Part shown: positions 53,749 to 64,000 of the stretch, in pieces
Position numbering within the stretch: the stretch's first letter is position 1
Layout of the letters: the number at the start of each line of letters is the position of its first letter
From: Octopus vulgaris
Lineage: Eukaryota
NCBI GenBank assembly: GCA_951406725.2
Contig: OX597818.1
Location: 31,434,001 to 31,498,000 of the forward strand
Direction: 5' to 3'
Length of the DNA: 64,000 bases
Translations under genes and position numbers: made by a program
Notes under the pieces: generated by a model
What the model was told of the DNA's origin: nothing
Seen by the model: only the letters and a program-made list of their open reading frames with translations
The model's database searches: none

Positions 53749-54288
53749 TATGTTATGTATACCCTTCACTTCTATCACACATTCTACTTCCTTCTTGCTT
53801 TCCTACATTCGTATTTGTTCCCACCTATTCACTTTCACGCTTTCCTCACATATTCACAATATGATTGCACACTCACCAACTACCCAGCACATCTTCACTA
53901 ACCCACACCAGTGTACTTTCACATTGCCATACTTCTACACACTTCTGCATGCCCCTAGAAACCACACACACACAGATACACAGACATACATACACGCACA
54001 GATACATACGCGCGCACACACATACACTGTACTGTATCTCCAACATAAACATAGACACACACTTTCAAATGGATGCACACGCCATCCTGCTTCACTTTTA
54101 ACTCCCACTAGAGCTGCATTTCTACCTGGCCTCCTAACACGTCATCCGTTTTCTCTCTCTCTCTCTCAACCACATTTTCTCTTTCTCATTTTTATGCTTT
54201 TCTTCTGATGAAGGACAAACGTTTAAAACGTTTAGACTTTTTCCTTTCCTTACAAGCGTTAAACTTAGTACAATATTTGTTAAAACCA

Positions 54289-54503
54289 AGGTGACGAGCT
54301 GGCAGAAACCTTAGTTCGCCGGGTAAAATGCTTAGCGTTATTTCGTCTGTCTTTATGTTCTGAGTTCAAATTCCGCCGAGATCGACTTTGCCTTTCATGC
54401 TTTCGGGGTCGATAAATTAAGTACCAGTTGCGTACTGTGGTCCATCTAATTGACTGGCCCCATCCCCCAAAATTTCGAGCCTTGTACTTAGAGTAGAAAA
54501 GAA
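54289..54503 (+). mobile_element. SINE family B, tail B2, with 13-bp TSD
   Basis: TSD ATTTGTTAAAACC at 54275-54287 and 54505-54517. Confidence 0.85.
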
Positions 54504-55931
54504 CATTTGTTAAAACCTGTCCTGATCACTTTTTGATCACTAATTCGGCACATAAATGCTTCTCTGAAAAGACCTAACAAGACTAAAACATGTCCAGAGG
54601 TGTTTCTTATACGTATCAGCTGAATAAAAACATATTAATGATTGAGTGAATGTATCAACTTTATTTGCTAAAACACTTAAAATAGTAAAAGGATATAAAT
54701 GAACGAAAACGAATGGATAGGGAAATACTGAAAACGAAATAAAAATGTGATTATGATGTTTAACTTAAAAATAATGCCACACTTTGAGGTAAAGGAAGAG
54801 TCTACTATGTTGATCCCAGAAAGTGACTGGCACTTATTTCATCGACCCTGGAGAAATAAACAGCATAGTCGCACTTGGAAGGTTAGAACTTGCTAGGTAA
54901 TTTTGTAGGAACTATCTTTCCGACAATCAGTCGTTTCTCATACAAATTGAATTATATAAAAATACCAGACTGTAAACAGTATTAGACACTAAATACAGTG
55001 AAAACATGAAAGGAAATTAAAGAACAAAAATGAGAACAGAAAGAAAATATATTATGTCAAACAGAAAAGAGAAAGAGGAGTGATGTTAGTATCGAAAGAA
55101 TTGGAGAGAAATGGAGAGAATGAGGGTGGTGGCAGGAAAGTGGAAAAACGAGAAAAATTGAAAAAAAAAATATAAAAGCAAAACAGAAAAAGGGAATAAA
55201 ACGATGGAAAGAAATTCAGAGAGACATAGAGGAAAAATATAATGAAATAGACAAAAAATAAGAATTAAAAGAAAGAAATGGATGTCAGTGAAATGTAAAG
55301 TGCAAGAAGGAAAAACTGAAATAAAAAAAAAAATGTACATTAAGAATAGAAAGGAAGAAAAGAAAGAACAAAGAGAGACGGAGAAAAATATGATTCAAAG
55401 AAGAATGGACATAACGATGAATGAGAGGGAAGGAAAGAAGAAAACAACTATAGAAAACGAGAAAGGAAAAGCTACCGGAAGAAAGAAAATATAGAAGAGA
55501 GAAGAAAAATAAATAAATAATGAAAGTCTTGCGGGGAAAAGAGAACTGGAAATAGAAATTGAAAGAGTAAAATAATACAGAAAGAAGAAAAGAAAGAAGA
55601 AGAATAAAGGTAGGAAAGAAAAAGAAATGAACCAATGAATAAAGGAATCTGGAACTATTTCCAGATCTAAAGTAGTTTGGAGAGATTGGCGGAAGCTATC
55701 ACTTTTGTTTATGATGATTAAGCTGTCATTAGGTTAACTAGCAGCATAAAGTAGCAGGAATTGGAGTTGTCTCTTCTTTCTCTCATTCTTCCACCCTCTT
55801 TTCCACCACCAACGTACACACGTAGATTAGATGTATGTATGTATGTATGTATGTATGTATGTATGCATGTATGTATGCATGTAAGTAGGTATATATGTGA
55901 ATAAGTATGTATGATTGTATGTATATATACG

Positions 55932-56027
<96 letters not shown>

Positions 56028-56038
56028 GTATATATATT

Positions 56039-56078
<40 letters not shown>

Positions 56079-56624
56079 CGTATATACATACTTATTCACA
56101 TATATACCTACTTACATGCATACATACATTAAGACATATACATGTGCATAATATATACCCACATGCATTTTAACTTACATATGTACATACATGCTGACGT
56201 AAATACATGCGAACATGCATATATGCATGCAGACATACGTACATATAATACGACACACACGCATACATTCCTCCTTACATACATACATACATACGTACAT
56301 ATATACGTACATACATATATACATATAATATATATGTGTGTTTGTTTGCAGGTATGTGTGTATATGTATCTATATATGGAAGTATGCATTTAAGTGTATA
56401 GTATATATGTATGTATGTATGTATGCAAGCAGGTATTATATAAGTGTCTGTATGTATGTAGCTATATTTATACGTAAGTATATTCCCACATCTATCATAC
56501 CCAAACGTCGTAGGCTACTTCCACCGTACAACCGTTGCTTGAATATATATTACGTTCATCGTCAGCATGGAAGCAGTATGAACACAAAATGGCGCCATGT
56601 CTTCGTCCACATATATCTTTCTCT

Positions 56625-57280
56625 ATTACTTGTTTCAGTCATTAGACTGCAGCCATGCTGGGGCACTATCTTAGAGAACCTTCTTCGTTGAACAAATGAT
56701 CTACAGTACTTCTCTATTTTTAAAGTCTGTTGCTTATTCTATCCAACTCTTGTCGAATCGCTAACTTACAAAAGATATATATATATATATTACTCTTTTA
56801 CTTGTTTCAATCATTTGACTGCGGCCATGCTGGAGCAACACCTTTAGTCGAGCAAATCGATGCCAGGACTTATTCTCTGTAAGCCTAGTAGTTATTAGTT
56901 ATTCTGTCGGTTTCTTTTGCCGAACCGCTAAGTTACGGGGACGCAAAAAAACCAGCATCGGTTGTCAAGCGATGTTGGGAGGCCAAACATACACGCACAC
57001 ATATATATACTCATACATATATACGACGGGCTTCTTTCAGTTTCCGTCTACTAAATCCAGTCACAAGGCTTTGGTCGGCCCGAGGCTACACTAAAAGACC
57101 TTTGTCTCTTATATATATATATATAATGGGCTCCTTTCAATACCCGATTACCAAATCTACTCACAAATATTTGGTCGGCCCGAGGTATCTGCCCTTGCCC
57201 AAGGTGCGGCACAATAAAACTGAACTCTGAACCATGTAGTGGGGAAGCAAGCTTCTTACTACACAGCCATGCTTGCGCCC
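56625..57280 (-). mobile_element. Nested or adjacent SINE family A copies
   Basis: Older copy at 56625-56765 plus 57127-57280, with a younger partial copy at 56791-57100. Confidence 0.75.
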
Positions 57281-57478
57281 ATATATAGAATATTCACACA
57301 CACAAATGTGCGTGCGTGCGTGTAAGTGTGTGTGTGTGCACGCCTTTACATTTGTGTGTGTTTGTGTGCGAGAAAGTTCTCACCGAGATGCATGTTAACA
57401 TCAATGATTATGTAAAAATGGAAATAGCCATCGAAGCAATTGATGGTAATAATGATGATCATGATGACGACGACGACT

Positions 57479-57515
<37 letters not shown>

Positions 57516-57717
57516 CGACAACGATGAGGCTGATGATAATGATACTGGAGGTAGTAATTTTTCGTTGTTGAGGTAGAGACGAAGAAAAATAATAAAACAT
57601 GGAAAATGTAGAGAAAACCTAAAATCCTTCAAGATATGCAATTTGTGACAACAAGCAATGAACAGGTATTACGAATATCCATTGAGATGGGAGAAATGCG
57701 AATGATTCGGGAGAGGG

Positions 57718-57774
<57 letters not shown>

Positions 57775-57857
57775 GAGAGATAAGCAGAGACTGACTAGGA
57801 GGGAAAGCTCCACCACACATACTCACACGTATATGTGTGTGTGTGTATGTGTATGTA

Positions 57858-57908
<51 letters not shown>

Positions 57909-58012
57909 GGTCCCGGGTTGATTCGGGGTTAACCACAGTAAATAAGGTACTCAATACTGAAGATTTCTCTTGAATGAAACAGTTCTAGTCCTGTAGAAGC
58001 TCCTTCTATATA

Positions 58013-58052
<40 letters not shown>

Positions 58053-58073
58053 GTGTGTATGTGTGTGTGTGTT

Positions 58074-58104
<31 letters not shown>

Positions 58105-58235
58105 TCGTGTGCGTGTGTGTGTGTGTGTGTTTGTAAGAAAAGAAAAATATAATATCCCATTCTAAAATAAGTGTTTTAATAAATCGAAAAAAAAATCCAC
58201 AAGACTATCTCTAGGAGATAATAGTCTCAAACAAA

Positions 58236-59090
58236 TCATCCGCCTTCAGCTTCCACCACCGCCTCAACACGGCTCCGGAACCTGGCGCATGCATTCATCA
58301 CTGTACCCCTGTGAAGATGTTCGAATATCTCGGCCTTGCTGCAGACAGGATGGCTGGTGTTATTCTCAATTGCACCGCCTGCATTGTAATCTGTGGGATT
58401 ACAATCGAGGGAATTAGGAGGCCAGAAATTTGGTGCTGGCGAAGTTGTAGAAATTCTCCGACAACTGCTTCTGACAGTTTCCGGAGGTATGAACAAGGAT
58501 CCGAACCTCGCTGCTACACATATGGCCTTCCTGCAGCAATCTTCTCCAGTTGGGGTTTGATTACAGTTTGTAGTAGCTTCACATAGTTGTCTGAATTGAG
58601 CCTAAGGCCCTGTTCAATTGTTGAATGAATACCTATTTCTTTATTACCCACAAGGGGCTAAACACAGAGGGGACAAACAAGGACAGACATAGGTATTAAG
58701 TCGATTACATCGACCCCAGTGCGTAACTGGTACTTTATTTATCGACCCCGAAAGGATGAAAGGCAAAGTCGACCTCGGCGGAATTTGAACTCACAACGTA
58801 ACGGCAGACGAAATACCGCTAAGCATTTCGCCCGGCGTGCTAAGGTTTCAGCCAGCTCGCCGCCTTTTGTTGAATGAATACCGACGTGCGGACGCTCTCA
58901 GAACGCCCGTTGCCTCCTTCATGCTGGACACGTCTTTATAGTCTCCGTTGCTGCTGTCTATATCACGTCTTACAGCCTTTATAGAATTCAAAGAGAACTG
59001 AGCAGCAATCATGATGTGAGCATTTTCATACTCGGCACTAATCATCATGATACAGGTAACTCTCTTCAAACATTCAAATGACTGCTAGTC
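58236..59090 (-). mobile_element. Internally deleted Tc1/mariner-superfamily transposase remnant (maT/DD37D-like)
   Basis: EQGLRLNSDNYVKLLQTVIKP..EKIAAGRPYV*Q..S.P, FWPPNSLDCNPTDY and ACARFRSRVEAVVEAEGG; N-terminal HTH-like part at 58883-59069. Confidence 0.75.
58634..58864 (-). mobile_element. SINE family B, tail B1, with 16-bp TSD
   Basis: TSD TTGTTGAATGAATACC at 58618-58633 and 58867-58882. Confidence 0.9.
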
Positions 59091-59127
59091 GTCTATGTCA
59101 GTTAACGTTTTCTTAAATACAACTTTA

Positions 59128-59431
59128 GTGGAGGCATATAGCCTAGTGGTAAGAGCAGCGGACTCGCGGTCGAGGGATCGCGGGTTCGAATCTCAGACCG
59201 GGCGATGTGTGTGTTTATGAGCGAAACACCTAAGCTCCACGCGGCTCCGGCAGAAGGTAATGGCGAACTTTCTGCTGACTCTTTCGCCACAACTTTCTCT
59301 CACTCTTTCCTCCTGCATCTTGCAGCTCAACTGCGACGGGCCGGCGTCCCGTCCAGGTGGGGAACTTATACTCCAAGGAAACCGGGAAACCGGCCCTTAT
59401 GAGACAGGTGTGGCTCGAGAAGGAACAAACA
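59128..59431 (+). mobile_element. SINE family E (tail type 2) with 14-bp TSD
   Basis: A box TAGCCTAGTGG, B box GGTTCGAATC; TSD TAA(A/G)TACAACTTTA at 59114-59127 and 59432-59445. Confidence 0.85.
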
Positions 59432-59839
59432 TAAGTACAACTTTAATCTAAATGCGCCCCAACGACATTAACTGTTCACCAATGCATCGTGAAGAAAAGA
59501 AGACATAAAGAATAGACAAAGTTAACCCGGACACTTTGTTTCATTTAATGATTTAAGTAAATTTGATATTTGTTTAATTTAGCGTGCTGACCAAGACGGT
59601 TGCCACTCGTTTCGGAAAAATCAGTACTTCGGAAAAGCTTTGAAATCAGATGCTCCGGAAAATCGATGTTGTATCTAGTAATTCATAGAAGCATAAGGAC
59701 ACAAAATTAGTTGAATGAAATTTGAATCGATCGCTAATAATTACTAATATTAACTTTACTGACCCGAAAAAAAAAAAACAAAAGAAATCCAAGAAAAAGA
59801 ACGAAAGCCAAAGTTGACTATATTAAAATCGATTTCAAA

Positions 59840-60030
59840 TGTTGGTACAAGGTCAGCAATTTCGAGGGAGGGGTAAGTCGATGACGTCGACCCCAGTGCT
59901 CAGTTGGTACATATTTTATTGACCCCGAAAGTGAACCTCGGCGGAATTTGAACTCAGGACATAAATACGGAAGGAATGTGGCAAAGTATTTTGTCCGGTG
60001 TGCTAATGATTATGCCAGCTCATCGCCTTA
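59840..60030 (-). mobile_element. Old SINE family B copy
   Basis: Contains CCTCGGCGGAATTTGAACTCAG...GCCAGCTC. Confidence 0.7.
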
Positions 60031-60059
60031 TCGATCCTTCTAATATCCTTTCTACTAAA

Positions 60060-60460
60060 GGCGTAGGAGTGACTGTGTGGTAAGTAGCTTGCTTACGAAC
60101 TACATGGTTCCGGGTTCAGTCCCACTGCGTGGCACCGTGGGCAAGTGTCTTCTACTATAGCCTCGGGCCAACCAAAGCCTTCTGAGTGGATTTGGTAGAC
60201 AGAAACTGAAAGAAGCCCGTCGTATATATGTATATATATGTATATGTGTACATGTTTGTGTGTCTGTGTTTGTCTCCCCAACATGGCTTGACAACCGATA
60301 CTGGTGTGTTTACGTCCCCGTAACATAGCGGCTCGGTAAAAGAGACTGATAGAATAAGTACTAGGCTTACAAAAAATAAGTCCTGGGGTCGATGTGTTCG
60401 ACTAGAGCCGGTGCTCCAGCATGGCCACAGTCAAATGACTGAAACAAGTAAAAGAGTAAA
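60060..60460 (+). mobile_element. SINE family A inserted into the tail of a minus-strand family B copy (to about 60660)
   Basis: Full-length family A; TAAAGGC is duplicated at both ends; the flanks rejoin as a B2-like tail. Confidence 0.85.
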
Positions 60461-61242
60461 GGCACACGGCTTGAAATTTTAGTGGAGGTAACAGGTCGAT
60501 TATATTGCTCCAGTTTTTCACTGGTACTTAATTTATCGATCCTGAAAGAATGAAAGGCAAATTTGACCTCGGCGGAATGTGAACTTATAACGTAAAGACG
60601 GACGAAATGGTGCTAACCATTTTTTTCGGTGTGCTAACGATCTTGCCAGCTCAATGCCTTAACCGACTCTACTAATATCACAAGCATCTCCATCATACTG
60701 CCATCGACAATCCATTCGATGTTAAATAGTTCTAATTTTAGCCCAAAGCCATATCTTAAGAGGAGGCGCCAAATCAATTATACCCACAACAGTAATTGAC
60801 TGGTACTTTATTTTATCGACCCTTGCAAAGATACCTTGCAAAGATGACTCAGAACGTTTAGCGCTTTGTCCTAATGATTTTGTCAGCTTGCCGCCTTATA
60901 ATAATAGGGACACTAAAAATTAATATTTAAGCTATCAAAATGATAGCTTAAATATTAACTTTTCAATCCAGTTACATTGAATATTAACTATTCCCGATCA
61001 GGTACATTGAATAAATTGTGAACGAAGCAAATATTTCTAATGTAGCGGGTAGGTTCAATAAATTTCGTCCTCAGAATAAAATCCTGCAGAAGGTCCTGCT
61101 TATTTCTGACGCTTATTTAAACAGATGCCAGTGAAGAATTGGTGTCAATATAATCAGTTATATTAATCCTATCACCCCGCACAATGTATGGCCTTGTTGC
61201 TATGGTAAAAACCAAAGTTGATACCTTTCTTGGTCAAGCTAG

Positions 61243-61274
<32 letters not shown>

Positions 61275-62224
61275 TATAGATAGATATATATATACAAACG
61301 TTAACCCTGACGAATTTGAACGCAAGAGTAAGAGATATGAAATAAAATATGGTAATGCATTCTCCTATCTCGGCTATCTCCACTGTCTACTAGTCTTGAA
61401 TAATTGCCAGGAAACGGAAGACAAATGTTTTCGAAGTATTTTCTCCAATTCCTTATTTTTCATAAAAATACGTTCGCTGAGTGTAAATCATTTACTTTCC
61501 CGTATGAAAGAGAAGAGGAACATGAAGGTTAGTGCAACAGGCAACTTAAAAACAAGATGATACATCGCAATAATTTCTCTGCTTAGTCGGACGTCCATTT
61601 AATTGGGGTTGCATTGTCGGTCATAATTCTATAGGATCTGCCAGTGGTTGTCTAGTGATGCGAAAATACTAGAATACTTTATTTATTTATTTGTGTTTAG
61701 AATATAAATGATTAGATTAGTTCTATCGTCCTAAAGGGCTATACATATTTTTTCTTCGGTATTAGTGTGTCTATATTTGTATGCCTATATGTCTATCTTT
61801 AATTTATGACAGAGGAGAGTCACTTTGATAATGTATAAACTTCCAGGAATTTCCTTATTCTCAAATATTTATAACTATTTATCCGATCGATCTAAATAAT
61901 CTACTTACAAATTAATGAAAGAACAACTTATTTTCATAAAAAGAAGAGATATTACCTTGTTATATTAACTATTGATTACATATTAATTACGTATAAAACT
62001 TAATTAGTGTATATTAATACAAATAGTTTTCTTAATAGGACTAACGAATGTTTAATGACAAAGTTACACGAAAATTAAAAGTATATCTTCGAAGAATTTC
62101 AACTTCAAAATAGCTTTTGTATTTGGTATTCAGAGTAGAATTTGCCTTGTTAGTGCTATGTTGAAATTTAGCCTACAATGTAATTTCTCGCTTTTTCGAA
62201 CTATATATATATATATATATATAA

Positions 62225-62554
62225 CTTAGGTAAAACTTCGGTATGTTTCGCCCAAAGAATGGTCCAGGTCATGTCTAACTGAATAGCACCACCTGATAGG
62301 ATTATCTAAATCCTTTTTCAGTTAAGTTTTGTGGTATTATGGTCCATTCAAGTAGTGGATTCTTGTTGAGGGAGTTGTATCCAGGTACGGGTGGCTTATC
62401 TGGTATTCCTTGAAGAAAGCTGTCCAGACTCCGTTTAAAGGCGATGTTAACTAGGGCAGGGCCTATTGAGGAAAAGAAATTATGTCGTGTACCTATATGT
62501 TGTGATCCTGAATTGGGCTGGGGACGTATGGTCCCAGCCTTGGATGAATCTTGA

Positions 62555-62558
<4 letters not shown>
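62225..62558 (-). mobile_element. CR1/L2-group LINE 3' end
   Basis: Minus-strand translation FKIHPRLG...HNFFSSIGPAL..AFKRSLDSFLQGIPDKPPVPGYNSLNKNPLLEW followed by a short 3' UTR. Confidence 0.65.
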
Positions 62559-62622
<64 letters not shown>

Positions 62623-62908
62623 AAGTGTTAAAGAAGATAAGAAACGTTCAGGCAAGACAAACATCTCAAGTCATATACGTTATTATTACAGGAAAAATTC
62701 AAAGTTTTACAGCTGTTTTGGGGATATCCCAGGATATGAGATATTCTGTCTTCGGAAACAAATAGTGAAAAAGAGAAGGATATAAATGAATTAAATGTTG
62801 GAAATCCACGATAGCTCCATAACTATCTTGGAGCCTTGGTAATCCGTTACAGCACTTACTTAGCGTACCTAGTCGTTTAGATCACATGTGAACTAAATCG
62901 TCATGCTT

Positions 62909-62967
<59 letters not shown>

Positions 62968-63007
62968 GTATGTAAATGTAATATGTGACAATTATTCGGT
63001 AGCCATG

Positions 63008-63066
63008 ATAAAACTCCGAGTTTCGGATGCCGAGGTGGAAATCCATGCCGCTATCTCTTCAGTTAT
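63008..63066 (-). ncRNA. Type I hammerhead motif with long stem II
   Basis: Reverse strand ATAA-CTGAAGA-GATAGCGGCATGGATTTCCACCTCGGCATCC-GAAA-CTCGGAG-TT-TTAT. Confidence 0.6.
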
Positions 63067-63394
63067 GCGGCCATCAGAAAAAAATGCTATGAAAAATGAC
63101 CGTTATACAAAGCCAAATTACTGTGTGATTGACCGTTATTAAGACAAAAGAGGTATTTGAATGGGTGCTAAGTGAGAGGCGGGAGTAAAAGTAAGGGGGT
63201 AAAAAAGTTCATAGTATTCGCGTAAACGCGTATGTTCATAACTACACATGCGCGCCTGTCACCCACCTGCATGCACCTAAAAGTATACACTCATTCACCA
63301 TCACTTGAAACGTACACAACCTTACCCGCACCATTCGCCACATATATATATATATATATATATATACAAACCCACACACACACACACGGGCACC

Positions 63395-63800
63395 AAAAAG
63401 GTTCATACACACGTCTATATACGCACAAACTCAAGAAAACACAGGGCTAAAGGTAACAATATAGAAAAAGGGTGGAAGGGAGTATAAAAATATGCACATA
63501 CCCGTATGTACGCACACACACATGCACGCAGAAAAAGTTCATATACACGTCTATATGCGCCTATACACAAGAAAAAAACAAGGCTAAAGGCAAGAATACA
63601 GGAAAATGTGTAAAAATCAATGAGTAAAACACGTCTATATACGCACACACTCGCATGCACGCACACACGCACACAGTTATATACGCACATACCCGCACAC
63701 ACGCACACATCCACATGCGCACACAAAGGATTCCATATATACGTCTATATACGCCCAGGGAAAATGCAGGGTCGAAGGTAGAAACAGAAAAATTATGTGT
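63395..63800. repeat. Diverged tandem repeat, about 4 units
   Basis: ACGTCTATAT(A/G)CGC recurs near 63411, 63547, 63631 and 63741, mostly followed by AAAA..CAGGG(C/T)..AAGG. Confidence 0.6.
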
Positions 63801-64000
63801 AAAAAATATATAAGCAATAAACCTATAAACCAATATCTCTATAAATATGTAAAAAAATATATGTATAAAAATATATATAAATCAAAAAATATAAGAAATA
63901 TAAGTAAAAGGTATAAAGAGATAAAAAGCTTGTACGTGGACACAATACAGAAGGCAAGTTCTATCTTTAATCGGGGGGGGGGGGACCAAAAGCGTAATAA

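Noticed and set aside
57950-57996. CTGAAGA-TTTCTCTTGAAT-GAAA-C...G-TC motif
   Set aside because: Stems I and II pair poorly, so it could be a chance match.
60920-60958. 18-bp-arm AT-rich hairpin
   Set aside because: An isolated local fold-back with no associated feature; a terminator interpretation does not apply in this context.

Overview
AT-rich, microsatellite-dense eukaryotic non-coding DNA (intergenic or intronic). The repeat landscape resembles a cephalopod (Octopus-like) genome; this is an inference. I found no host protein-coding exon, and almost all ORFs in the track are microsatellite translations. The window holds about 30 tRNA-derived SINE copies in five families, decayed mariner/maT transposons and MITEs, RTE and CR1-like LINE fragments, and many Penelope-like element (PLE) derivatives: an RT fragment, two GIY-YIG fragments and short non-autonomous elements ending in (TA)n or related microsatellites. 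The main signal is RNA-structural. More than 15 hammerhead-ribozyme (HHR) motifs, intact or decayed, lie in these PLE-type repeats. They include minimal type I HHRs with the compensatory U3-A8 core pair, a family with A6 consistently substituted, and HHRs in the loops of long foldbacks. Most notable is a group of related elements (about 13.7, 14.4, 29.6, 44.6 and 45.8 kb) whose three HHR core strands occur in reversed order: UH-strand, GAAA-strand, CUGAUGA-strand. Their stems I and III covary, which makes them candidate non-circularly permuted (pseudoknotted) hammerheads. All pairings were made by eye and no activity has been tested.
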